A stretch of DNA of 64,000 bases from Scyliorhinus canicula (lineage: Eukaryota), in NCBI RefSeq assembly GCF_902713615.1, contig NC_052158.1, positions 44,293,159-44,357,158 of the forward strand. Reading direction: 5' to 3'. The notes under the pieces were generated by a model. That model had not been told where the DNA came from. It saw only the letters and a list, made by a program, of their open reading frames with translations, and did no database searches. The number at the start of each line of letters is the position of its first letter. Position 1 is the first letter of the stretch. Shown here in pieces: positions 36,961 through 50,839 of this stretch. A program made the translations under genes and the position numbers.

Positions 36961-37593
36961 GCGCCAGTTATTGAATGGCAATATATTTCCAAGTTGGATA
37001 CTGACCGACTTAGAAAGGTACCTCCTGGTGCTGAGGTTCTCAGGTATCTGCTGCTCTTGCCCTTTGGGAAGGTGGTCATAGAGTCCATACTGTGCAGAAG
37101 GAGGCAATTCAGCTCATCGAGTCTGCTCGGCCCAATCCCCCAGCCTTTCACCTTACTCCCACCTCAGGGCAATTTCGCATAGCCAATCCACCTAACCTGC
37201 ACAGCTTTCAACTATGGAAGGAAACCGGAACACCGGGAGGAAACCCAGGCAGAACACGGGGAGAAAGCGCAAATTGAACACACACAGTCACCCAGGGTTG
37301 GAATCGAACCCGGGTCTCTGGCACTGGGAGACAGCGTGTAACCACCGTGATGCCCCCTTGACTTTGGAAGCTGCTGCCTGAGGAACCTTGGCGAGTTACT
37401 GCAGTGCATCTTGTAGAAGTTACAAATAGCTGCCACTGTTCCTCTGAGGTGGAGGGGGAGGGGGAGCAATCAGGCTGGCTGCGTTGTGCTGGATGGTTTC
37501 GAGCTTCTTGAGTGTCGTTGCAACTGCACTCATCCAGGCAAGTGGAGAGTATTTGATTACAATCCTGGGTTGTGCCTTATAGATGGTGGACAG

Positions 37594-38548
37594 TGTAGCC
37601 ACCTGAGTTGGCCACTTCCCCAAGTTAAAATGGAGAATCGCAAAGACAGCAGGAAAAATGGACAGTCTAACCAAACAAGCAGTTTTGCAGAGTTCCTGTG
37701 TATCTTGCCTATGTCTCTGTGGCGCAATCGGTTAGCGCGTTTGGCTGTTAACCGAAAGGTTGGTGGTTCAATCCCACCCAGAGACGAGTTGTTGTTCCAC
37801 CCCAGGAATATGTGTTTTTAGGGGCAGCACGTTACCTTGGTGGTTAGCATAAATGCTTCACAGCTCCAGGGTCCCAGGTTTGGTTCCCGGCTGAGTCACT
37901 GTCTGTGCGGAGTTTGCATGTCCTCCCCCCGTGTGTGCGTGGGTTTCTTCCGGGTGCTCCGGTTTCCCACAGTCCAAAGATGTGCGGGTTAGGTGGATTG
38001 GCCATGCTTGGTATGGGATCCAATTGATTGGAAGTAAGCTCGGGGTCGGCCCAAAAAGGCACAAAGCCCCTAGGACTATAAGATAGAGCCCCCAAGGTCA
38101 GTTCACTCTCTTAGCCGGCCCTCCCAGCAGAACATCTCGAAGAACTTGACTGTAAGAAGGAGAGGCCTGGCCAATTGCTGCACCATCAAGTTACTCCCAC
38201 CTCAGGTCAACGCACGCTACGAGATAGACGCTCCTGACCCCTTAGTCCATACCAGCTGGAAGCCTGCAGATTCAGGATTGAGCAAGAGACCATTGTTCCC
38301 TGATCCAGCGGGTTCCCTTATCCAGATAAGTACTGGCCTGTTAGTGGTAGGAATAGCCTAGTATTTTGCTTGTATGCACGAATAGCAATTAACTGTGTCT
38401 TGATTTGAACCTTACTAATTGGTGTATTGAGTCGTTGATCTGAACTTGAACCACGTGGTGGTATCATAAAAGATACCTGGCGACTCTAGAGCTAAGTAAT
38501 AAACCAGAGCCAAGTGGGTGTAAAGCGCACTCACCAGAACGAGCAACA
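37594..38548 (+). mobile_element. Solo LTR of the provirus family with internal tRNA-Asn and SINE cassette
   Basis: TGTAGCCAC...AACGAGCAACA termini; ACAG TSD at 37590-37593 and 38549-38552; flanks rejoin as ...atggtggACAGgctttggg. Confidence 0.88.
37713..37786 (+). tRNA. tRNA-Asn(GTT)
   Basis: GTCTCTGTGGCGCAATCGGTTAGCGCGTTTGGCTGTTAACCGAAAGGTTGGTGGTTCAATCCCACCCAGAGACG; all stems pair; TTTTT at ~37815. Confidence 0.92.
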
Positions 38549-38927
38549 ACAGGCTTTGGGGGGGTACGGAGGTGTGTTACTCACCATAGAATTCCTAGCC
38601 TTTGACCTGCTTTGGTAGCTACAGTATTAACATGGCCAGTTCAGTTTCTGGTCAATGCTAACATCCAGGAGGATGATTGTGGAGGATTTGGCAATGGTAA
38701 AGCCATTGAATGTCATTTCTCCTTCCTGAGCGAGGACTGGAGGAAGGAGAAAGTTGCATTTTCAGCATAGTTTGCAACATCAGGAAGATGGAAAACCTTC
38801 CAGCCAATAGGGGTGCGGCTGTCTAAGCAGATGAGATTCCGACTTTGATGTGCAAAGCAAGACTGCAGGGGCAAAAAAGCCGAAAAATGACTGGATAATC
38901 TGTTTCAGTGATTCTCGTTGATGTTCG

Positions 38928-40108
38928 GTGGCACGGTGGTGCAGTAGATGGCACTACTGTCTCACAGCACCAGGGTCCCAAGTTCAATTCTGGCCTCGGG
39001 TTGGGAGTTTGCACTTTCTCTCCGTGTCTGTGTGGGTTTCCTCCCGGTGCTCCGGTTTCCTCCCATAGTCCAAAGATGAGCAGTTTAGGTGGATTGGCCT
39101 TGCAAAACTGCCCCTCAGTGTCCAAAATGTTAGGTAGGGTTACTGAGTGAATTAATTGTGAGTTCTACATCTATCCTGAAAGAGTGGCATGGTGGTGCAG
39201 TGGTTAGCACTGTAGCCTCACGGCGCCGAGGACCCAGGTTTGATGCCGACCCCAGGTCACTGTCCATGTGAAGTTTTCACTTTCTCCCCGTATCTGCGTG
39301 GGCTTCCTCCCGGTGCTCCGGTTCCCTCCCATAATCTAAAGATGTGCAGTTTAGGTGGATTGACCTTTCAAAATTGCCCCATAGTGTCCAAAATGAGGGA
39401 TAGGAGGCGCGAGCTAAAGCATAAATCAGGTGCTCTTTCTTAGGGCCGGTGCAGACCCGATGGTCAAATAGCCTCCATCTGCACTGCAGAGATTCTATGA
39501 TTAATACTGATCTCAGGGGCAGCACGGTGGCGCAGTGGGTTAGCCCTGCAACCTCACAGCGCCGAGGTCCCAGGTTCGATCCCGGCTCTGGGTCACTGTC
39601 TGTGTGGGGTTTGCACATTCTCTCCGTGTTTACGTGGGTTTCTCCCCCACAACCCAAAGATGTGCAGGGTAGGTAGATTGGCCATGCTAAATTGCCCCTT
39701 AATTGGAAAAAATGAATTGGGTACTCTAAATCTATAAAAGAAAAAAAAAATACTGATCTCAGGACTCCGAGTACAACTCCTCTTCTCTTGCTGTAAATAG
39801 TTATTATTCATTGGTTTCAAAGTTTGTTCAACCTGAATACTGTGCTGCGGTTTGTCTGTTGTGTAATCAATCTTCTGTTTAATTTTTTTTTTAAATTTAG
39901 AGTACGCAATTATTTTTTTCCAATTAAGGGACAATTTAGCATGGCCAATTCACCTACCCTGCATATCTTTGGGTTGTGGGGGTGAGACCCACACAGACAC
40001 GGGTAGAATGTGTAAACTCCACATGGACAGTGACCCAGAGCCGGGACCGAACCTGGGACCTCGGCGCTGTGAGGCTGCAGTGCTAACCACTGCACCACCA
40101 TGCCGCCC
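38928..40108. mobile_element. Cluster of four HE1-type SINEs (three +, one -)
   Basis: Heads at ~38928, 39185 and 39516 (+); 39885-40108 (-). Confidence 0.85.
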
Positions 40109-40900
40109 TTTCTGGATACTTTTATAACTCACAATGAATTCACTTTTTTAACTCACTCCAAACTACCTGATTGGCCAGCATAGTGTGTTCCTATTCACTG
40201 GTCATTCAGAGAACTATTTACAAATATACAGTAGAGTCTAAGCTAGGATCTGTCTCCATGCTTGCTTCTGCACAAGGCTCAATCCAACACTACTGACCTC
40301 CAGATCCGGGTTGTGTGATCACTAAAATCATTGTAGGTGGTACTGTAATCAGTCCAACATTAGACCTAATGTGCTGGACCCACATATTACAATCTCCTTA
40401 CATTAAGAGACCCACAAACAGCCAATGAGATTTGACAGATGGGGAGAGTTTCAGGTCCTGTTGGTGGAGGACCAAGGAGACTCGAGATGGGGGTGGACCG
40501 AGAGCAGGAAGGAAGGAAGAAACAAACAGCCAGCGAGAATCACCTTTGCAAAGAGGAGCCAGAGGGACTCAAATTTGGATCTGCAGCATACCAAGCCACC
40601 TTTGAATTCTGGGTGTTTTTTGTGTATAGAGTGGGTAATTTATGTGTTAACTATATTAAATAAGGTGTGTTGCATTATACAAGTCTGCATGTTCTCCTCA
40701 TGTTTGCATGGGTTTCCTCCGTGTGGATCAGTTTCCTCCCACAAGTCCCAAAAGACGTGGTGTTAGGTGAATTGGACATTCTGAATTCTCCCTCCGTGTA
40801 CCCGAACAGGCGCCGCAGTGTGGCAACTAGGGGCTTTTCACAGTAACTTCATTGCAGTGTTAATGTATGTCTACTTGTGACAATAAAGATTATTATGAAA

Positions 40901-41006
40901 TAAAGGCACCTGAGTAAACTTTGATTAAGGAGCTGGTTGAAGTATCTGAATTGGACTGATACAACAACTCCCAGCTCCTTAATCAAAGTTTACCCAGGTA
41001 TCTTTA
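40901..41006. repeat. Hairpin with 36-bp inverted arms and 34-nt spacer
   Basis: taaaggcacctgagtaaactttgattaaggagctgg / ccagctccttaatcaaagtttacccaggtatcttta (3 differences). Confidence 0.85.
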
Positions 41007-41009
41007 CGG

Positions 41010-42459
41010 TCAGCGGGACCCGAGAAGGGGCCCCAGTAGTATTGGTAGATATATAAGCCCCAAACTGGGACGACGCAGACTTTGTCAAAAAAAAAACGAT
41101 GCCTGAAATCCCTAACCTAGAAACCCAATGACTTATCACAGGACGTGGACTTTAACTGCGTACAGGACACGACAATGGACAGATTCAACCCCAGGGCAGG
41201 AACCGTGTCATATACGGCACAATAATTGAATGCCTTTCTAGAGCAGATGGGGGTGGGGGGTCACGTGGAGATCTAGCCACCCGAGAGAAAAGGTATTCTC
41301 TTTCTTCTCCCACGTGCACAAGACTACTCACGTATAAACTTTTTTGTGATAGGAAAAAGGGTGCTTCCAGCGGTAACAAATTGCGGAATTCTCCATAATA
41401 ATAATCTCCAGCCACGTGCCTCATTATATGGATGTGAGGTTGGAGAGGGCCGGGTCCAACTCCCCCAATGGATGCTGGATGCAGCTCTCTTCGCTAATAA
41501 GGAATTCTGTACAAGATATCCCAAGCAATCGATGGATATGTAACCTGCAACCAGAACTGGGAAGCACTGAGGATAATGATCAGGGGTTAATTTCCAGCTT
41601 GTGGGGCCCTTATGGACAGGAAAGAAAGAACAGCAAAACAGCAGCTGATTGACTCCATACTGGAGGTGAATCGACGGTACAGCACGGCCCCAACTGTGGA
41701 ACTGCTGGCAGAGAGGAAAAAGGTGATTGTCTCCCTGGATGCTGTGAAAGCCTTCAAGTAGAATGGCGATACCTCATGGAGGTGTTTGAACAGTTTGGAT
41801 TTGGAGCAGGGTTCACTGCGTGGGTGAAGCTCCTGTGCAGTGCTCCTATGGCGAGCATATGGACGAACTTCACCAGCTCTGAATACTTTTTGCTGTATAA
41901 GGGAACGAGGCAGGGCTCATTATTTCATTATCCCCACTCCTGTTCACACTGGCAATGGAACCACTCGCCATCGCCATTCGCTTATAGGAGTAGTTGACGG
42001 CATTCGGAAAGGGGACAAAGAGCATAGAGTCTCGCTCTATGCAGATAACCTGCTCCTCTATGAGTCGAAAACCTTAACCACCACGGGAAACATAACAGGA
42101 CTCCTTAGGGAGTTCCTTCTCAGGTTGCAAACTCAACCTGGGAAAGAGCGAACAATTCCCGGTGAATCCCCGAGAGGGAATAGCGGAGCTGGAGCTGGAA
42201 GAACTACTATTTAAAGTAGTCGTTCCAAGTGGTCCACACCTGTACGTGACTCCACAAATGGAACCTATCCAACCTGGTGGAGGTGAAGAAAGATCATCAA
42301 AGTTGAGCCTCACTTCTTCTTTCGGGAACGGTATAGGCGGTCAAAATGAACATGCTACCTAGGTTCCTCTTCGTATTCAGATCACTCCCGATCTTCATCC
42401 CCAAAACCTTCTTTACCAGGGTCGACAAGTTAATCATGGCCTTTGTTTTGCGGGGGTGT

Positions 42460-42493
<34 letters not shown>

Positions 42494-43460
42494 ATGTCCC
42501 TGGGAGATGCAAAACCATCTTACAGTGTGGGCGACACGTGGGAGGCCTGGCCCTTCCGAAAATCCTATTCTACCACTGGGCGGCACACATGGAGAAGGTG
42601 GCTAAGGGAACGGGATGCAGACTGGGTCTGAGGCCTCCTGCATGGGGAAATCTCTCTGACTGTTGGCCACTGCCTCACTCTGGTCCCCCAACACACACAC
42701 TCCAGGAGCCAGGTGGTAGTGACCACAGTAAGGACATGGAATCCACATTTGGGATTATGGACAGAGGACAGAGGGACACTGAGAGTGAAGGACATGTACA
42801 TGAATGACAGAATGGCAACCCTGGGGGAACTCTCTGAGAAGCTCCAACTCCTGAAAGGGAACGAGCTCAGGTACCTGCAGCTGCGTGACTTTCTCCACAA
42901 GGAGTCAAAAACATTCCCCCAGGGGCGGCACGGTGGCACAGTGGTTAGCACTGCTGTCTCACAGTGCTATGGATCTGGGTATGATCCCGGCCCCAGGTCA
43001 CCTTCCGTGAGGAGTTTACACATCCTTGTCTGTGTGGGTCTCACCTCCTCAATGCAATGATGTGCAGGGCAAATGGAATGGCCACACTAAATTTCTCTTT
43101 AATTGGGAAAAACATTTTTTAAATTTACTTTCCCCCAGAGACCTAGACACACATTTCTGGGCACAATGGTAGGGCTGGACTGGTTAGGGGATGACAAGTG
43201 TGGCGACATCTATGGGTGGCTCATAGAAAAGATCAGGATTCCACTAAATGAGACCATACGGAAATGGGAGGAGAAGCTGGGCATGGAGATAGGGGAGGAC
43301 TCTGGATTGAGGCATTGCACAGGATTAACTTCGCCTCCTCTTACACGGGGCTGAGCCTGATGCAGCTCAAAGTGGTGCACATAGTGCATGCACGAGCGGG
43401 TTCTTCCCGGAGGTGGAGGATAAGTGCGAGCGGTGTCGGGGGGCCCGGCCAACCACGTCC
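41010..43460 (+). mobile_element. Decayed L1-clade LINE ORF2 (EN-RT), internally deleted, with a SINE at ~42921-43120
   Basis: Recognisable fragments VSLDAVKAF, GTRQG, RVSLYADNLLL, NMLPRFLFVFRSLPIFIP, GGLALP. Confidence 0.8.
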
Positions 43461-43469
43461 ACAATGTAG

Positions 43470-43760
43470 AACACCTGCAGAGTGAGGCTATATGTACTGG
43501 ATTGGGAAATCAAGCCACCACAGGCCAGTACTCCCACAGTGCTGGGCTGTATGTACTAGGGCGGGACATCAACCCACAATAGTGCAGCACTCCCGCAGTG
43601 GTGGGCTGTATGTCCTGGTGGGACATCAACCCACAACAGTGCAGCACCTCTGCAGTGCCGGGTTCTACGTACTGGAGTAGAACATCAACCCGCAACAATG
43701 CAGCATTCATACAGTGCTGGGCTCTATGCCCACAATTTGTTTAATTTATCAACCCACAAC
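43470..43760. repeat. ~59-bp tandem repeat, about 5 units
   Basis: acatcaacccacaacagtgcagcactccc...gtgctgggctgtatgtactgg recurs. Confidence 0.75.
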
Positions 43761-44990
43761 TTGTTCACTCAACACACAACTGAGACAAGGACTGACCCCT
43801 AGTTACTGACAATGAATCATTTCACCCCTTGTCACATCTACTATATCCATCTTCTCACATCCACTTCTCCATGAAAGCTGCAGTGTTGATCCATTTAAAT
43901 AAACCTGTTTGAAACCTTTTTACTCTTATTTCCCTCCTTCATGTAATGAAAAGTGACTCCTGTCTGGAGACTCCCAATTCCCCATTCCTCACATGGGAGA
44001 CTGAACAGTGAGGGTGGGGTGAAAGTGACTGAAGGAGCTCACGATCCTGTCCTCACACACAGTCTACACTCTCAGACTCTGCAGCAGGTAGCAGCAACTG
44101 TGATCGGAAGCAGCAACTGAAATAGGTACCAGGCCAATTACGGAGTCTCACATTTGGATCAATGCTGTGATTGAGATCCAGCAACTTGGACCGGCCCAGC
44201 AATTTGTCTTTTCATTGCTGGTCTGTTTGGATCAGCTCCCAACACCCACCATCCTCGCGACCACTTAGAGGGTGACTAAACCATCAGGAGATTTACCTGT
44301 GCAACTCTTTACATTAAATTCTCAAATCCTTCTTCTCATCTGACAATCACTCAACAAATCAAACCGTGACATTGAAAAAGAATAAAGAAGTTTAAAAATT
44401 AAATCACCTGATCAATGGCTGTTAAGAGATCAGAGATATTTAGAGTCATTTATCATTGGAGCTAGCAACTGACTGAGCCAGCACCAGAACAAACGGCATG
44501 AAGAGCAGTCCTTTCATTGCCTTCAGTGGTGTCTCTTTGAGTCAGGTTCAGAATGCTAGTGTATAAATATTCTGGGCTGGATTCTCCATTTTGGAGACTA
44601 AATCCCCACGCCAGCGTGAAAACAGTCTTTCATGCCAGAAAAACAGGTGTAAAAGGGCCACCAATTCCCTGTTTTGCTGGGGGCTAGCAGGGAGGCAGCG
44701 TAGAGCTCACAGCTCGAGCTGCCGATATGGCCCTCAGTACTTCAGGTTCTGAGGCCCCGTCGTCTCCATGGCGGACTCAGCTCGTGGTAACGATAATAAT
44801 AATAATAATAATCGCTTATTGTCACAAGTAGGCTTCAATGAAGTTACTGTGAAAAGCCTCTAGTCGCCACATTCTGGCACCTCTGAAACAAGAGAGAAGG
44901 AGAAGAAGGAAAAAGACAGACAGAAAGAGAGAATACAAGTAAATACCCCTGTTAAAGCAAAGCATAAAGAAGTAGAAACTGAAAAATTGA

Positions 44991-45966
<976 letters not shown>

Positions 45967-46952
45967 GCACAAAAAGCACAAAGAGTAGTGCCCCCTCCAA
46001 CCGCTCATGCACCCCAGACCGCCCACCCACAGTGCCCCCATCCCCGAATGAAGACCCCTTGTCCGCGGATCGGCCCTCCCCCGACTGTAGCTGCCTGGAC
46101 TGAGTCCGCAGCTGCCAATTGAGATTCCCGAACGGCTGAGACCATGAGAGTCCCACGCCGTTGGGAACTCATCCGGTTGGGGACGGAACATCGCAGAGTT
46201 GGCGAGCATCGGGAACAGGCTACCAGAGGCAGGTACAATATTGTCCTTTAAAAAGCAGTTCGACAGTTACATGGGCCGGTTGGGTATAGAGGGATATGGA
46301 CTAAATGCAGGCAAGTGGCGCTAGTTTAGTGATAAAAACTGGGTGGCATGGACCAGCTGGACCGATGGGCCTGTTTCCATGCTGTAAACCACCTGTGTGA
46401 AGGAATTTCCCCTCTGGTCTCTTTTGTATCTCTGTCCTCTCACCTTAAATCTATGCCCTCTAGTTCTAGACTCCTCTACCTTTGGGAAAAGATGTCCACT
46501 ATCTACCTTATCTATGCTGCTCATTATTTTATAGACCTCTATAAGATCATCCTTAAGCCTCCTATGCTCCATAAAAAAATGCCCCAGCCTATCCTGCCTC
46601 TCTTTATAAATCAGACCATCAAGTCCTGGTACACATCTTTTCCTATCCTAGAGCCTGTGTACATCCATTCCCATTTGTATTTGTCGCCTCCCATCCAGCC
46701 TGTTGATATTCAGCATCTCAATTCTCCTTTTCAGGCTCGCTTCCCACCCAAGTTTTCTCTCTATCTCCCATCAATCTTCATTCTCTGCATGCCAGCGATC
46801 CCCCTCCTCCCATAATACCATCCTGTCCCTCTGCCTTCCATCAATTCTCCTCCTCCTCTGCAATGCCGTCTGCCCCTCTCCTTCCATTGCTCACTCTCTC
46901 TGAAACCCCTTGTAATGCTTTCCTGCCTACTTTCCCCCATGTCCATTATTAA

Positions 46953-46991
<39 letters not shown>

Positions 46992-47462
46992 CAATACTCG
47001 TTTCTGTCTGAATGTTCAGGCCTGCCTGAGTACCGCTGGACAGTACTATCCTTGAGATGAAATAGGCACCCACTGGAGGCGGTTCAACCCTACACTACCA
47101 GCAGTGTGGCATTCCCCTGTTATTGCAATGGGACCAGCTCAGCACTGAGGCAGGGAGGCTGCGAATGTTGCACTCACCTCGTTGACGACAAAGCGCTGCG
47201 CGCTATCTTTTTCACACATGATTTCCTGCTGGCATGAGACACGATCATGCTGAGCAACAGATTTAATGAGCATTCCTGAGATGTTAATGAATACAAATGT
47301 TCACACCTCCAGCCAATGGGATACCCAACCCACTATTAACCCACCACCGGGAGAATTGCAAACTGTTTTCAAGCTGGCGGGGTTCCAATATGTTGACTCC
47401 ACTGGATTCTCCAATCTCGCCTGTCGTAAAACCCGATGTGAACATCATGGGAAAATTACACC

Positions 47463-48352
47463 CACAGTCACCCCAATCAGAGTTAATCTGCAAGTCACAG
47501 TCATTTCCCCAGTCACAGAGTCAGTCGCCGAGTCACAGTCACTCCCCCAGTCACAGAGTCAATCTCCGAGTCACAGTCACTCTCCCAGTCACAGAGTCAA
47601 TCTCCGAGTCACAGTCACCATTCACTCCCCCAGTCACAGAGTCAGTCTCCGAGTCACAGTCACTCTCCCAGTCACAGAGTCAATCTCCGAGTCACAGTCA
47701 CCATTCACTCCCCCAGTCACAGAGTCAATCTCCGAGTCACAGTCACTCCCCCAGTCACAGAGTCAATCTCCGAGTCACAGTCACTCTCCCAGTCACAGAG
47801 TCAATCTCCGAGTCACAGTCACCATTCACTCCCCCAGTCACAGAGTCAATCTCCGAGTCACAGTCACCCCCCCCAGTCACAGTCAGTCTCCGAGTCACAG
47901 TCACGCCCCCCAGTCACAGTCAGTCTTCGAGTCACAGTCACTCTCCAGTCAGTCAGTCTCCGAGTCACAGTCACTCCCCCAGTCACAGTCATTCCCAAGT
48001 CACAGTCACCCCCCAGTCACAGTTAGTCTCCCAGTCACAGTCACGCCCCAGTCACAGTCAGTCTCCGAGTCACAGTCACTGCCCCAGTCACAGTCAGTCT
48101 CCGAGTCACAGTCACTCTCCAGTCAGTCAGTCTCAGAGTCACAGTCACTCCCCCAGTCACAGTCAGTCTCCGAGTCACAGTCACTCGCCCAGTCACAGTC
48201 AGTCTCCGAGTCACAGGCACTCCACCAGTCACAGTCAGTCTCCAAGTCACAGTCACTCCCCCAGTCACAGAGTCAGTCTCCGAGTCACAGTCACTCCCCC
48301 AGTCACAGAGTCAATCTCCGAGTCACAGTCACAGAGTCAATCTCTGAGTCAC
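47463..48352. repeat. (CAGTCA)-based minisatellite with ~36-46-bp higher-order units
   Basis: cagtcacagagtcaatctccgagtcacagtcactcccc repeated about 20 times with variants. Confidence 0.95.
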
Positions 48353-49589
48353 TCCTATAGTTATTCTGAGATAGGCCATGTCCTTTGCCCTCTCTCCTGT
48401 GCCCATCAGGCAGTTCTGGCAGGTTCCCTTCCCTGAAGGACAATATTTGGGGTTTTCGGACAACCTTAGTGTTTTCATATTTTATTTTAATTCTATTGAG
48501 CAAATTTAATTATTTTTATTTTCAGGAAGTATTCACGTGAGTATTTGAGGTGAATAACATGGATGTCTTTAAGAGTAAACAAGATGAGCTCATGAGGGAG
48601 AAAGGAACAGAAGGATATGCTGATAGGGTGAGTGGAGACTTGACTGAAGCATCAACACCAGCAGGGAACAATCGGGCCGAATGGTCTGTTTCTGCTCTGT
48701 AATTCTATATAGATAACCTTCCCTGGTTGGATTTAAACTCAGCACCAGAGCAATTCAACTCCATGGAGACACATTTATTGAAATGCATTTTTGAGCCTCG
48801 TTGAGCCTCGTTTCTCTTTCTCTTTCAGCCTCTCGTTTCTCTTTCAGCCTTTTCAATTTTGCCATATTTCATATTTCAATTTTTTTCTGAAGCTCACTCC
48901 AGACAACTGGCCAGACCTTTGATCCTGACTGTCACTGGGCTGATTTAATTGGTTTTTAATTACTTCTTCCAGTTGATGCCATCTAGTTCAAAAGCAATGT
49001 ATCTCCCAAAAAGAACAACGGTTTCTTTGCCAGGTTTAATCTGATTTTGAACTTTTCATTGGGACTGGAGACCTCAGTGTCTCAGTGTTCCCGTCTCAGT
49101 GGGTTTTCATGCAATGTCCTCACACTTTAACTGAAAATGGCTCACATTTGTAAAATTGGGAGTTTAAAACTTGCATTACTCAAAATTAATGAATCTGTTT
49201 GATTATTATATGGAGAAATTAAAAATACATCAATCAAAAATCAATGATTAATTCTGTTGTTGATAACATAACTTATCGATTATATAATTCAATCAAAGCC
49301 TTGAATTAATATGGAACAAGAGAGTTCAATGGGATTTATCAAACATCCCCCTTTTGTTTACAAGTTACTCCACATAAATAATCTATAAACAAAATGATCA
49401 CACTTAAACAAAAAATCTGTCCATTTTAGTCTGTTACAACTTTGTCTGTCCCTACACACATTCATCTTTGGTGTTCAGGTCTTCACTTCCAAATGATATC
49501 TCTGCAAGTGAAGTAACGTCCTTTCCAAACACTTTGGAGCAGATAGAAGTGGTTTGAAAAAGTTGCTTGAAGTGGTTTGTGGTCAGGTT

Positions 49590-50390
49590 CTGCCATCACT
49601 TTCTCTCTCCCAAACAGGTTTGATGACCAGACGAATGATTTATCACAGACCTCACACGTGAACATCCTTTCCTGAGCGAGTGCGTTGATGTACATTTAGG
49701 CTCGATAATGGAGTAAAAGATTAATCACACACCTTACATGTTAATGGTTTCTCCCTGGTGTGAATGCGTTGGCATACACAGAGGGTCGATGACTGTGAAT
49801 GATTTGTCACAGATATCGCAGCTGAACAGTCTCTCTCCTATGTGAGTGCATTGGTGGACGCGGGGGTCCGATGATGGCAATCATGATTTGTTGCACACTT
49901 CACACATGAATGCTTTCTCGCCTGTGTGAATCCTCTGGTTTCTCAGGAGCTTGGAGGAATTGGTGAAAGCTACCTCACACCCAAAGGGTGTGTTAGGAGG
50001 CCTGATGATTTCACAAAAGCGTTATCGCAAACTTCGCACATGAATCGTTTTGCTTCCATTGTGCTGCCCTTGCCTTAACAGAGGTTATTACAGGTGCATC
50101 TTGTGCTTTAGAAGATCCTATGAGCCTGTGGAGTGCTCCTCACACTAGAACTGCCTCTGTAGGATTGAGTCAGTGGTTCATGAAACTCATGCAATAATTG
50201 AAGCTCTCACCCCACTTCGAGCGACTGACACTTCTTCCCAGTCTCACCCTGACCGCTCGCACACAGCCGAGCCTTTGGAAAGGTTGGTTCTGATAGAAGG
50301 TTCTACAACACTGACCAGTTTCTGATGCTATGTAAAGCCTCCCTGACCCGGCCGATTTCCAGCACATCAAACAGATAAAGAATAACAAAG
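49590..50390 (-). pseudogene. C2H2 zinc-finger pseudogene, paralog of 54442-55690
   Basis: Broken fingers (FTCEVCDKSF, HTGEKAF) and the same leader (gaaactggtcagtg...gagagcttcaat) as the other ZF copies. Confidence 0.8.
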
Positions 50391-50700
50391 CCTGTGGCCC
50401 CGATGAAATTTCAGCTGAGGGCTTCGGAATTGGTGGACTTGTGCTCACATCAAGACTACATTGAACTCATCCTATGGATTTGGGAGGAAAAAGAACTCCT
50501 CCCAACTGTCTTCAAGGAATAAAAATCAGGCTGTGGAAACGAGTGAGGTATTTCGCTCTTGTTCAGAACAGGGAAAATCCTGACACACATACTTCCTGTG
50601 GCTGAGGAAATCCTCCCAGAGACACAGTGACATCTGTGAATAAACAGCACCTTTGATACAGATTGAAATCTTCTGATCATGTTTGACGATCTTTCACAGG
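50385..50700 (+). mobile_element. RTE-like LINE fragment
   Basis: KACGPDEISAE and ISLL...GKIL...EILPETQ-like motifs. Confidence 0.5.
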
Positions 50701-50839
50701 TTAAATTGACCTTCTTGAAACAATTGGACTGATGTTGGGAGAGGTTGGAGACAGAGACTGCTGAGACAGACAGTGCTTTGGAAGCTCCAGTGTGTGAGCA
50801 CTGGAGAGTAAACAACACAGACACTGTCAGTATAAGGGA

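Noticed and set aside
42460-42492. Long G/C homopolymers (also ~4030, 22008, 29746, 46954) as G-quadruplex elements
   Set aside because: Lengths are error-prone in sequencing and they lie within decayed repeats; no other support
43470-43760. Regularly spaced repeats resembling a CRISPR array
   Set aside because: Whole units are similar with no unique spacers; eukaryotic context with no cas genes
47266-48436. 364-aa and 379-aa Ser/Gln/His-rich ORFs
   Set aside because: Open only because the minisatellite has no stop codons on that strand; two frames are equally open
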